Below are positions 8,352 to 16,952 of a stretch of 52,807 nucleotides of DNA, in pieces. The first letter of the stretch is position 1, and every line of letters begins with the position of its first letter. A program made the position numbers and the translations under genes. Location of the stretch: NCBI GenBank assembly GCA_031374645.1, contig JANMGN010000225.1, positions 1 to 52,807 of the forward strand, read 5' to 3'. The stretch is from Chitinophagales bacterium. Its GTDB lineage: Bacteria > Bacteroidota > Bacteroidia > Chitinophagales > Saprospiraceae. The notes below the pieces were generated by a model. The model was not told where the DNA came from. It worked only from the letters and a program-made list of their open reading frames with translations, and ran no database searches.

Positions 8352-11159
8352 ATGGAATACATTGGAGAACATTTACTGCCTGGAAAAATTGGGCAATTCG
8401 GAATAATTTTAGCATTTGTGTCAAGTGTTTTGGCTACAATTGCTTATTTTTTGGCAACAAAACGACAGGATGCTGCTTGGCAGCGCATTGGTCGTTGGGC
8501 ATTTTTGTTGCATGGTTTGGGTATTTTGACTGCCGCTTATTGTATGTTTCATGTGATGACTTACAAAATGTACGAGTACCAATATGCGCAACAACACGTT
8601 TCGGCAGAGCTGCCTTTTCAATACATTTTTGCTGCTTTTTGGGAAGGACAAGAAGGTAGTTTTACACTTTGGATGTTCTGGCACGTGGTTTTAGGCTGCG
8701 TTTTGATTTGGAAAGCTAAAGATTGGGAAAGTTCTGTTTTGACAACGCTTTCGCTCATACAAGTCTTTATTTTGAGTATGTTACTTGGCGTTTATGTCAA
8801 TTTGGGCTTTGGAGAATTTAAAATTGGTTCAAATCCTTTGTTGCTTTTGCGTGAAGTGATGGATATTCCACTTTTTCAAAATCCTAATTATGTACAAAAA
8901 ATAGTTGGAAACGGCTTGAATCCTTTGTTGCAAAATTACTGGATGACGATACATCCGCCTACACTTTTTTTAGGTTTTGCTTCTACTTCTATCCCTTTTT
9001 GTTTTGCTGTGGCAGCACTTTGGCAAGGAAAACACAAAGAATGGCTGCGTCCTGCATTGAGTTGGGCGTTATTCTCAGGAGCAATTCTCGGAATAGGTAT
9101 TTTGATGGGCGGCGCATGGGCTTACGAAGCGTTGAGTTTCGGAGGTTATTGGGCATGGGATCCTGTGGAAAATATGTCACTCGTGCCTTGGATTATTATG
9201 ATTGCAGGGATTCACACGAACTTGATTGCTCGTAGTACAGGAAATGCAATAAAAAGCACTTATATTTTCTATATATTGAGCTTTGTTCTGATTGTTTATT
9301 CTACTTTTTTGACCAGAAGCGGTATTTTAGGCGATACTTCTGTTCACGCTTTTACCGAAATGGGCTTAGAGTGGCAATTGGTAGCATTTTTATTTACTTT
9401 TACGGCATTGGGTCTTGGTTTATTCTTTATAAAAAATAAAGAAATACCTGTAATTGCAGAAGAGGAAGCACTGAGTAGCCGTGAGTTTTGGATGTTTATA
9501 GGAACTTTGACCTTGGCTTTTTCAGCTGTTTTGATAACTTATACGACTTCTATTCCTGTTTATAATAAAGTATCAGAAGCGCTGGGGCATCCTTTGAAAT
9601 TATCTCCTCCGATAGATGTAGTTGCACATTACAATAAGTATCAACTTTGGATTGGTGTGTTTATGGGATTGTTATCTGGCGTTGCGATGTGGCTGCGTTA
9701 CAAAGAAGTAAATTTTGATGGTTATTACAAAAGAATTGGTATTCATTTGTTGATTTCGCTTGTAATATCACTTATTTTTACGTTTTTAGGCACAAAATGG
9801 ATAAATGCAAATGCTTGGCAATATGTTCTTTTGATGTTTGCAGGGATTTTTACGACGATTTCAAATGGTGATTATATCGTTTCGATGATGAGAAAAAACC
9901 TAAAAGCAATAGGTGCTACGGTGTCACATTTTGGTTTTGGTTTGATGATTATTGGTACGATGGCTTCTGGTCTAAACAAGTTATTTATTTCAAATAATCC
10001 GTTTGCACAAGAAGGTTTGGTAGAAGGCGAGGACAAAGATTTTTACAAAAAAAATATTTTATTGTTGAAAAATACGCCTATGACCATGTCGGGTTACGAA
10101 GTAACTTACACAAGGGATACGTCTTGGGATTTTACACGCCAATTTTTAGTGAATTATAAAAAACGAGATGATAAAGGTAACATAACAGAGGAATTTGACC
10201 TGACGCCCAATATTTTGTACGATAAGACTTTTACGAAAATTGCAGCATCTAATCCTTCCACAAAGCATTACTGGAACAAAGATGTTTTCACGCACGTTTC
10301 GAGCCTTCCGAAAGCAGATACTGACCCTGAGTACAGAAAACAAGTAGAAGACAGTTTGAAATACATCAGCTACAAAGGAAAAGTAGGCGATACGATTTTT
10401 ACAAAAGCAAATTATGCCGTTATAGAGGACATCACGCTTGACCCAAAACTGAAAGATTACAAAAGAGAAGCAAATGATATTGCGGTTGGTTTGCGCTTAT
10501 CAGTTCGTCAGTTGGATTCTGACAGCACTTGGAAAGCTGAGCCATTGTTGGTTTTACGTCAAAATGAGCTGTACAGTTTTCCAGCACAAGTAGGTCAGTT
10601 GCGTATGAAAATAAAAGTTCCTGACAATATTTTTGAAACTGTTTTGACACCTGATGAAAAACTCAAGTATTCTAATTTAGAAATACGAAGAGACGAGGAA
10701 ATACTGTATAATGGTCTGAAAATCAAATTATTAGATTTTGGACAAAATGCTTCACATCCTAATTATACAGCACAAGAAGGCGATATTGGGGTAAATGCAA
10801 GCTTGGAAATTACGGATAAAAAAGGCAAAAAATATACATCAAAACCTTTGTTTGTGATAAGAGAGAGCAAACCATTTTCTTTAAAAGATGAAATACTTTC
10901 ACTTGGTTTGCATACAAAATTTGTAAATATCAATCCGCAAACTGAAACGGCAACCATTCTGGTAGCGCAATCCGAAAATCAAGATTTACCTGTTTTGATA
11001 GCGGAAAATGTAGGTCGTTCGGATTACATCGTGTTACAAGCAATAGAATTTCCAGGTATCAATTATTTTTGGGCAGGAACGATTTTGATGATGTTCGGTT
11101 TAGGAATGAGCATGGTCTATCGTTTGAGAATAGGCGCAAAAAGTGTAGCAAAAGTCTAA
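8352..11159 (+). CDS. ccmF: Cytochrome c-type biogenesis protein CcmF-like heme lyase with long C-terminal extension
   Basis: 935 aa and polytopic. The WWD heme-handling motif GGYWAWDPVENMSLVPW is at nt 9141-9191. It is adjacent to ccmE. About 360 non-membrane residues follow the TM core, and there is a final TM (FWAGTILMMFGLGMSMV). Confidence 0.8.
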   Translation: MEYIGEHLLPGKIGQFGIILAFVSSVLATIAYFLATKRQDAAWQRIGRWAFLLHGLGILTAAYCMFHVMTYKMYEYQYAQQHVSAELPFQYIFAAFWEGQEGSFTLWMFWHVVLGCVLIWKAKDWESSVLTTLSLIQVFILSMLLGVYVNLGFGEFKIGSNPLLLLREVMDIPLFQNPNYVQKIVGNGLNPLLQNYWMTIHPPTLFLGFASTSIPFCFAVAALWQGKHKEWLRPALSWALFSGAILGIGILMGGAWAYEALSFGGYWAWDPVENMSLVPWIIMIAGIHTNLIARSTGNAIKSTYIFYILSFVLIVYSTFLTRSGILGDTSVHAFTEMGLEWQLVAFLFTFTALGLGLFFIKNKEIPVIAEEEALSSREFWMFIGTLTLAFSAVLITYTTSIPVYNKVSEALGHPLKLSPPIDVVAHYNKYQLWIGVFMGLLSGVAMWLRYKEVNFDGYYKRIGIHLLISLVISLIFTFLGTKWINANAWQYVLLMFAGIFTTISNGDYIVSMMRKNLKAIGATVSHFGFGLMIIGTMASGLNKLFISNNPFAQEGLVEGEDKDFYKKNILLLKNTPMTMSGYEVTYTRDTSWDFTRQFLVNYKKRDDKGNITEEFDLTPNILYDKTFTKIAASNPSTKHYWNKDVFTHVSSLPKADTDPEYRKQVEDSLKYISYKGKVGDTIFTKANYAVIEDITLDPKLKDYKREANDIAVGLRLSVRQLDSDSTWKAEPLLVLRQNELYSFPAQVGQLRMKIKVPDNIFETVLTPDEKLKYSNLEIRRDEEILYNGLKIKLLDFGQNASHPNYTAQEGDIGVNASLEITDKKGKKYTSKPLFVIRESKPFSLKDEILSLGLHTKFVNINPQTETATILVAQSENQDLPVLIAENVGRSDYIVLQAIEFPGINYFWAGTILMMFGLGMSMVYRLRIGAKSVAKV

Positions 11160-11186
11160 AATTTAGCGTTTCGATAAATATAATAC

Positions 11187-11222
11187 AAAAACCGTTTGAG
11201 TGGTATCGCTCAAACGGTTTTT
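11187..11222 (+). terminator. Rho-independent terminator of ccmF
   Basis: aaaaaccgtttgag (11187-11200) pairs with ctcaaacggttttt (11209-11222) around an 8-nt loop. A T-rich tail follows. Confidence 0.7.
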
Positions 11223-11240
11223 ATTTTTCAAAAAAAGCAG

Positions 11241-11248
11241 TATATTTG
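11241..11248 (+). promoter_or_regulatory. Bacteroidetes -7 promoter motif (TAnnTTTG) upstream of the HD-domain gene / M48 pair
   Basis: TATATTTG lies 80 nt upstream of the ATG at 11328, just after the ccmF terminator. Confidence 0.35.
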
Positions 11249-11327
11249 TGGAATCTTTTTAAAGAAAAAAACGTTAGGTAATAAACTATTCCTTTGACTT
11301 TTCTCTATTCAAAATATTTTTCTAATT

Positions 11328-11942
11328 ATGTTTTACCCAGAACTAAAAGAAACCACTATACAAAATCCAAAATTTTCTCCTCAGCAGACGGCTGCGGAGT
11401 TACTCCTGTTAGAAACAAAAACGGAACAAAAACTATTAGATTTTCCAGAATTTTTAGAAGGACTTTTTTGGGGAACTCCTCGTTATGGGCATCCCGAGGG
11501 AAAAGTTTTGTATCATATCAGAGATGTTTTGGATAATATCGAGAAGCTAACTATTTCCGCACTTGACCGAGAGCGTTTGCGTTTGGTCGCTATTGTGCAT
11601 GATACTTTTAAATACATAGAAGACCGTAGTGAACAAAGAGATTGGTCGCAACATCACAGTATTTTAGCACGTCGTTTTTTTGAACAAATATCGGATGACA
11701 AAGTTGTGCTAAATCTTTTGGAATTGCACGATGAAGCATATTATGCTTGGCGTTTTCAAAATGCAGGTTGTTTTGGAGAATGTGAGCGCCGTTTGGAAAA
11801 AATCATGAAACATTTAGGCAACGACTTACAATTATTTTATGCCTTTTTTAAATGCGACACCAGCACAGGCGACAAAGATCCTACGCCGATAGCTTGGTTT
11901 GAAAATTTATTTGTAGGAAAAATAAATAAGATTATTTTTTAA
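11328..11942 (+). CDS. HD-domain-like metal-dependent phosphohydrolase (hypothetical)
   Basis: 204 aa. The H...HD...H...D spacing (LYHIRDV, AIVHDTFKY, QHHSIL, LELHDEAYY) resembles the HD superfamily. There is no signal peptide. It lies 13 nt upstream of the M48 peptidase gene. Confidence 0.45.
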   Translation: MFYPELKETTIQNPKFSPQQTAAELLLLETKTEQKLLDFPEFLEGLFWGTPRYGHPEGKVLYHIRDVLDNIEKLTISALDRERLRLVAIVHDTFKYIEDRSEQRDWSQHHSILARRFFEQISDDKVVLNLLELHDEAYYAWRFQNAGCFGECERRLEKIMKHLGNDLQLFYAFFKCDTSTGDKDPTPIAWFENLFVGKINKIIF

Positions 11943-11955
11943 CCAATTTTTTAAA

Positions 11956-13464
11956 ATGACAAACAAAACACTCCATTTTTTAAGTATAATAAGTATCGTT
12001 TTGCTTTTCGGAGCTTGTGCGAGAAATCCTGTTACAGGCAAAAAACAACTTAGTTTGATGTCTGAAAAATCAGAAAAAGCACTGGGAATACAATCTGACC
12101 CAAGCGTTGTAGCAAGTTTTGGTAAATACGAAGACCCTTCACTACAAGAATTTATCAACGCAAAAGGTCAAGAAATGGCTAAAATCAGCCATCGACCAAA
12201 TCTGGGTTACGAATTTAAAATTTTAAATTCGCCTGTGGTAAATGCTTTTGCTGTGCCTGGTGGCTACGTTTATTTCACACGTGGCATTATGGCGCATTTT
12301 AATAATGAGGCAGAATTTGCTGGCGTTTTGGGACATGAAATTGGGCATATCACCGCACGACATGGCGCACAACAGCAAACCAAACAAATTTTGATGCAAG
12401 CAGGCTTGATTGTGGGCATTATTGCAAAACCTGAGTTTATTCAGTTTGCTGAACAAGCACAACAAGGTTTGGGACTTCTCATGCTAAAATTTGGAAGAGA
12501 TGACGAAAGTCAATCTGATATGCTTGGGGTCAATTACTCTACTAAAATCGGATACGATTCGTATCTTATGGCAGATTTTTTCAAGACTTTGGGGCGTATT
12601 ACAGACAAAGAAGGCGCAAGGATGCCCGCTTTTCTTTCTACGCATCCTGACCCTGACGACCGTTTTGCTAATGTAAAAAAACTTTCTGAAACGGCTCAAA
12701 AACCATTGGATAAAAGCACATTAAAAGTAAATCGTGATGAGTATTTGCGTCGTATAGATGGCTTAGTATATGGCGAAGATCCTCGGGAAGGCTATGTAGA
12801 AAACAATGTTTTTTATCATCCTGAAATGAAATTCAAATTTCCGATTCCTACTTCTTGGAAAACACAAAACTCTCCGCAGCAATTTGCGATGGTAGAGCCG
12901 AACCAAAAAGCGATGATGATTCTAACTTTGGCACAAGGCAATACTTTAGAAGAAGCTGCGCAAAATACTGCTAAACAACTGAACCTTAATGTTTTACGAA
13001 GTGAAAACAAAACAGTGAATGGTTTACCTGCACTGATGTTGGCTTCGGAAGTAAAAACGCAACAAGAAATACAACAGCAACAAGGACAAGGAATGAGAGG
13101 CAGTTCAACAGGGCAAGCTGCTCAAACTGCTACACCTAAAACTGCGGTTTTGAGTTATTTGATAAAATACAACAACGCTATCTTTGTAATTCACGGTGTA
13201 GCGTTAGATACCGAATTTGGTAATTATTTACCTGCTTTTCGTCCAACGATGGAAGGTTTTTCAATCCTTACGGACGCTTCTAAAATCAACGTAAAACCCG
13301 ACCATATTCGGGTAAAAACTGCACCACGAAATACTACTTTTGGCGAACTGATGTCGCTTTGGAATGTACCTCAAAAACACCAAGAAGAAACCGCAATTTT
13401 GAATAGTATGTACATGACGACAAACGTAACAACTGGAACTCTGATAAAAACTATTGGCAAATAA
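11956..13464 (+). CDS. M48-family zinc metallopeptidase lipoprotein
   Basis: 502 aa. The lipobox is IVLLFGAC. The M48 signature is NAFAVPGGYVYFTRG...FAGVLGHEIGHITARH (HEXXH), with a downstream E/D-rich ESQSDMLG and STHPDPDDR. Confidence 0.85.
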   Translation: MTNKTLHFLSIISIVLLFGACARNPVTGKKQLSLMSEKSEKALGIQSDPSVVASFGKYEDPSLQEFINAKGQEMAKISHRPNLGYEFKILNSPVVNAFAVPGGYVYFTRGIMAHFNNEAEFAGVLGHEIGHITARHGAQQQTKQILMQAGLIVGIIAKPEFIQFAEQAQQGLGLLMLKFGRDDESQSDMLGVNYSTKIGYDSYLMADFFKTLGRITDKEGARMPAFLSTHPDPDDRFANVKKLSETAQKPLDKSTLKVNRDEYLRRIDGLVYGEDPREGYVENNVFYHPEMKFKFPIPTSWKTQNSPQQFAMVEPNQKAMMILTLAQGNTLEEAAQNTAKQLNLNVLRSENKTVNGLPALMLASEVKTQQEIQQQQGQGMRGSSTGQAAQTATPKTAVLSYLIKYNNAIFVIHGVALDTEFGNYLPAFRPTMEGFSILTDASKINVKPDHIRVKTAPRNTTFGELMSLWNVPQKHQEETAILNSMYMTTNVTTGTLIKTIGK

Positions 13465-13494
13465 TTGATTACCAATACTGTATGTTTTTAAAAT

Positions 13495-13531
13495 AAAAAT
13501 GCGATACAATCTTAAGTTGTATCGCATTTTT
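13495..13531. terminator. 15-bp palindromic bidirectional terminator (M48 / adhesin convergent junction)
   Basis: aaaaatgcgatacaa (13495-13509) pairs with ttgtatcgcattttt (13517-13531). A-run and T-run flanks make it work on both strands. Confidence 0.65.
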
Positions 13532-13549
13532 TTGCCGTGGCTTCAAGTG

Positions 13550-13783
13550 TCATCTACACAAAGTAACCTCTCCTTTGAATTTTTCTATTTTTGCATTTTT
13601 AAACGCTATTTGCACCAAATAAGTATAAGCTCCAATTTGACAAGGTTGATTTCGGAAAGTTCCGTCCCATTTATCGTTGTTTGTATCTCCTTGAAAAATG
13701 AGATTTCCCCATCTATCAAAAATACCGAAATACAAGATTTCTTTTACACTTTTATTTCCAAAAATGGTAAAAAAATCGTTCAC
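13550..13783 (-). CDS. Detached T9SS type-B (gliding-motility-associated) C-terminal sorting domain; in-frame continuation of the upstream adhesin after a TGA, so likely a pseudogene remnant
   Basis: It reads (V)NDFFTIFG...LYFGIFDRWGNLIFQG...KWDGTFRNQPCQIGAYTYLVQI...FKGEVTLCR. This matches the hallmark NDxF...FDRWG..vF...WDG...G.Y.Y...G.vtL.R pattern. It is in the same frame as 13784..16711 and separated from it only by TGA 13784-13786. Confidence 0.7.
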   Translation of the reverse strand: MNDFFTIFGNKSVKEILYFGIFDRWGNLIFQGDTNNDKWDGTFRNQPCQIGAYTYLVQIAFKNAKIEKFKGEVTLCR

Positions 13784-16711
13784 TCAATCGTCATTTGGCG
13801 TAAATACATTAGGAATATAAATATCTTTATTGAGTGTTATTTTTATTTTATCGCTTGCCTCACAAGAAAGATTATCTTTTATTCTAATTTCGTATTCTCC
13901 TGATTGTAAAGGCTTTACGATAGGATTCATACAATCACTACATGACAAATCATTTATTTTAGTCCAAGAAATAGCAAAAGGTGTAATATTGCTTTGTGCT
14001 AAAAGTTGGATTTCGTCGCCAATATACGCTTCGATATCTTCGCCCAAACTAACCGTAGGCACGATTTGTTTTTCAATAAAAATACTTTGCGAAGCAGTGC
14101 AATTATTAGCATCTGAAAGTTGCAAATTATAGCTGCCTTCACTCAAATTTTTAAAACTAAAAGGCGTTTTTTGTACTGCAAAATCCTGTTGATTGAGTTT
14201 TATTTTTAGTGGAAAAATAGCGTTTTCCGTAGCTTGCAGTATGATTTGAGCAGAGTTTAGAGATTTACAGTTAAGAGGAATTGCGGTTGTTTGTAGCGTA
14301 ATTTTTTCAGGTTCTGTAATACTGGTTTTACCTATCCATTCACAGGCGTAAGCATCATTGATACTTACTTGATAAGTCCCTGATTTTAAGCCGTTTATCG
14401 CAGAAGTTATTGCTCCATTCGACCATTTGAAAGTTAGCGGATTAATCGCTCCGATAAGGTTTTTTATTTCAATAAAACCGTTTTGCTCGCCCTTGCAACT
14501 CACGCCAAAACCATTATAGTTTGAGGTCACAAACGTAGGATTTAAAATAGATTGTTTGACCTCAAAAGTATCTTTTCCTGTCAATACGCCTTTCGTGACA
14601 GTCACGTAATAAATACCTCCTTTGGAAACTTCTGTACTTGCCGTTTTTGCTCCATTTGACCATAAAAAAGTTTCAAAAGAACCTACAACACTAAGCGTCG
14701 TTTTTTGATTTATACATATTTTATTATTCCCACCAATGTAGGGTTTTATAAAATTAATGGGTTTTACTAAAATACTTGCTGTATTTTCACAGCCATTTTG
14801 ATTGCTAATAGTAACGGTGTAAGTACCTGATTTTGTGATAGTTATAGTTTGAGGTTTTTCGCCTGTATTCCATAAATAAGCACTAAAACCTGCACCTGCG
14901 TCAAGAACATTAGATGTTCCGTTTATCATAAGCGTATCGCCTTTGATACTGGTTTGAGGCAATGGAATTTCAATAATTTTTAGTTTTGAAGTAGCCGAAC
15001 AACCATATTTGTCAGTTACTGTCAGCGACCAAGTTGTATTTCCTTTCGTAACCAAAGTGCTTTGGTTTACGGTATTTTGTGCGCTATTTTCCCAAGTATA
15101 AGTTACGACATCTTTATCCGAATTACTCAAAATAGTTTTTTCATTTTCACATAAAATACTATCTCCAATAATACTCGCTTTTAAGGTATTTTGGGCTACA
15201 AATACAGTTATGTCACTTTTAGAGCTGCACGTTCCGTCTGAAACAGAAACACTGTAAACACCTGATTGATAGACATTTAGGGTCATATTTTTTATGCCAT
15301 TTGACCATTCAAAAGTTTTGAACAGATTAGAATTACTTATGGTTAAATTGCTATTGTATCCTTCACAAAAAATCGTAAGACCTATGATTTTTGGCTTTTC
15401 CAACTCTTTTTCTATTACAGTTATTTCGTTTTCTCCAATGCAACCCGCAAAATCACTCACGCTAACTTTGTACTTTCCAGGTTTATCCACCACAATACTA
15501 TCCGCTTGATTAGCATTTGACCATAAATACGTTTTATAAATACCTGTTTTTAAGGTTATTTTTTCGCCTTTACACAGAATTTTACTACCCAAAATCAGTG
15601 GTACAAAGCCAACTGTTGCTGTAATAGTAACCGACGTAGTACCTACACAACCTTCGGTATCTGTAACCGTCAGCCCATATTGCCCAGCGTTATTAATAAT
15701 TAAAAAACTATCCTTTTGGGTAGTATTCCACAAATAAGTACTGTATTTTTGAGTATTTAAAACGGTAGAACCGCCAAGACAAAAACTCGTATTTCCAAGG
15801 ATTTTAGGCGAAGGCAAAGGATTTACACTGACTTTTACGGTATCATAACCGACACAAACGCCATCATATAATGTTACAAAATAAGTGGTATTAGAAGTTG
15901 GGCTAACCGTAATAGATTGTGTATTTTGTCCTGTACTCCACTGATAAGCCGTACCTTTATTGATTTGTAAAGTCGTAGATTGACCCGCACAAATACTTTT
16001 ATCAGAACTTGCTTTCGCTATATTTTCCACGCTCACATTGAATTTTTGTGTAAAACATCCGCTACTACTATTATTAGACATACCTGTATAACTTGTTGTG
16101 ACCGAAGGATTTACATCAATGCTTTGTGTGATGCTACCGTTATTCCACTGATAGGTATTTCCAATAGGAAGACTAAGCGTTGCAGATTCTCCGAGGCAAA
16201 TCGTTTTATTAATCGCTGCGGCAAGTGGCGTAGGAGGAATAGATAGTGTATAGTTGCAAATACTTTCTGAAAGTCCATCTATCTGAATCCAATATTTTTG
16301 AAGCGGAATAGTAGGGGTAGTGAACGAGCCAGAGCCTCCGCTTCCAGTAACAGTAACACAATTTATTGCAGTAGCAGTGCTAACAGAAGAACAATCCACA
16401 CCACTAAAAATTGTTATTTGTTCGCCTACATTCGTACTAAGCCCCTTACATTGTAATACTTCGTAATCAATAGTCAAAGAAGTGCTTGTTGCAGTATAGA
16501 CGTACCAAGTTGGATTATCTTCAGTTGTGCCTACATTTGGTCCGCAGGGGAAATAAATGTCTTGTGAAAAACCATCTTGTGGTGCATTTATGCTATTGAT
16601 TGTAGTTTGGCAGTCCCAAGGTATTGCAGTGCAAGGGTCGTTTTCGATTTGCCCATATAAGTTAGAAAATAAAAATGAAAAAACAAAAATTAGGATTAAT
16701 TCTTTTTTCAT
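13784..16711 (-). CDS. Large secreted cell-surface adhesin-like protein (tandem Ig-like modules plus SprB repeats), truncated before its T9SS sorting domain
   Basis: 975 aa. The signal peptide MKKELILIFVFSFLFSNLYG|Q is followed by a Cys-rich N-domain and about 8 tandem modules. These are followed by SprB-type repeats (GFGVSCKGEQNGFIEI...FKWSNGAITSAINGLKSGTYQVSINDAYAC). The protein ends ...IPNVFTPNDD-TGA inside the conserved start of the type-B C-terminal domain. Confidence 0.85.
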   Translation of the reverse strand: MKKELILIFVFSFLFSNLYGQIENDPCTAIPWDCQTTINSINAPQDGFSQDIYFPCGPNVGTTEDNPTWYVYTATSTSLTIDYEVLQCKGLSTNVGEQITIFSGVDCSSVSTATAINCVTVTGSGGSGSFTTPTIPLQKYWIQIDGLSESICNYTLSIPPTPLAAAINKTICLGESATLSLPIGNTYQWNNGSITQSIDVNPSVTTSYTGMSNNSSSGCFTQKFNVSVENIAKASSDKSICAGQSTTLQINKGTAYQWSTGQNTQSITVSPTSNTTYFVTLYDGVCVGYDTVKVSVNPLPSPKILGNTSFCLGGSTVLNTQKYSTYLWNTTQKDSFLIINNAGQYGLTVTDTEGCVGTTSVTITATVGFVPLILGSKILCKGEKITLKTGIYKTYLWSNANQADSIVVDKPGKYKVSVSDFAGCIGENEITVIEKELEKPKIIGLTIFCEGYNSNLTISNSNLFKTFEWSNGIKNMTLNVYQSGVYSVSVSDGTCSSKSDITVFVAQNTLKASIIGDSILCENEKTILSNSDKDVVTYTWENSAQNTVNQSTLVTKGNTTWSLTVTDKYGCSATSKLKIIEIPLPQTSIKGDTLMINGTSNVLDAGAGFSAYLWNTGEKPQTITITKSGTYTVTISNQNGCENTASILVKPINFIKPYIGGNNKICINQKTTLSVVGSFETFLWSNGAKTASTEVSKGGIYYVTVTKGVLTGKDTFEVKQSILNPTFVTSNYNGFGVSCKGEQNGFIEIKNLIGAINPLTFKWSNGAITSAINGLKSGTYQVSINDAYACEWIGKTSITEPEKITLQTTAIPLNCKSLNSAQIILQATENAIFPLKIKLNQQDFAVQKTPFSFKNLSEGSYNLQLSDANNCTASQSIFIEKQIVPTVSLGEDIEAYIGDEIQLLAQSNITPFAISWTKINDLSCSDCMNPIVKPLQSGEYEIRIKDNLSCEASDKIKITLNKDIYIPNVFTPNDD
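14552..16210 (-). repeat. About 8 tandem ~70-aa degenerate coding repeats (Ig-like modules) inside the adhesin gene
   Basis: There is a recurrent protein pattern: C-x-G-x-x-x-x-L ... (Y/F)-x-W-(S/N)-x-G ... (S/T)-I-x-V ... G-x-Y-x-V-x-V-x-D ... G-C. Examples are ICLGESATL..YQWNNG, ICAGQSTTL..YQWSTG, FCLGGSTVL..YLWNTT, LCKGEKITL..YLWSNA, FCEGYNSNL..FEWSNG, LCENEKTIL..YTWENS, ..AYLWNTG and ICINQKTTL..FLWSNG. Boundaries are approximate. Confidence 0.6.
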
Positions 16712-16769
16712 GTTATTGGCGTTTGGTTAGTTTGTGATAACTATATTACAAGAGAGCCTTATGGCGATA

Positions 16770-16777
16770 CAAATATA
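16770..16777 (-). promoter_or_regulatory. Bacteroidetes -7 promoter motif (TAnnTTTG on minus strand) upstream of the adhesin gene
   Basis: The plus strand reads CAAATATA, which is TATATTTG on the minus strand. It lies 59 nt upstream of the ATG at 16711. Confidence 0.35.
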
Positions 16778-16920
16778 AAAATTATTTTCAATACTCCCAA
16801 TTTTTTTATTAAAAAAAACTAAAATGTCAAATATTGTTTTTTTTACAATTTTCAAAAATACACAATAAAAATTCTCAAACAAAATATTGGAATAGTCAAG
16901 TATTTAAACTAAATTAGTTG

Positions 16921-16928
16921 TACTTTTG
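16921..16928 (+). promoter_or_regulatory. Bacteroidetes -7 promoter motif (TAnnTTTG) upstream of the EamA transporter gene
   Basis: TACTTTTG lies 25 nt upstream of the ATG at 16953. The alternative TTG start at 16926 lies inside this motif, which argues for the 16953 start. Confidence 0.4.
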
Positions 16929-16952
16929 TGCTTGCTTAAAAAAACACACAAA

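Noticed and set aside
13784-13786. The TGA inside the adhesin gene might be decoded as Gly (genetic code 25-like) or as selenocysteine.
   Set aside because: Elsewhere in the window TGA terminates genes at natural-looking C-termini (the ABM protein at 24104-24106 and dprA at 50120-50122). No other gene is split by an in-frame TGA. The taxon signals are Bacteroidota rather than Gracilibacteria/SR1. No SECIS-like hairpin follows, and a Sec residue in a sorting domain makes no biochemical sense. A point mutation or sequencing error is far more likely.
13261-13903. Two ORFs (13261..13527 minus and 13499..13903 plus) start with nearly identical peptides, MRYNLRLYRIF and MRYNLKLYRIF. At first glance this looked like a duplicated small gene.
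   Set aside because: Both N-termini are read from the two strands of the same palindromic terminator (13495-13531), so the similarity is a mirror artefact. The ORF bodies overlap the M48 gene and the adhesin C-terminal domain, respectively.
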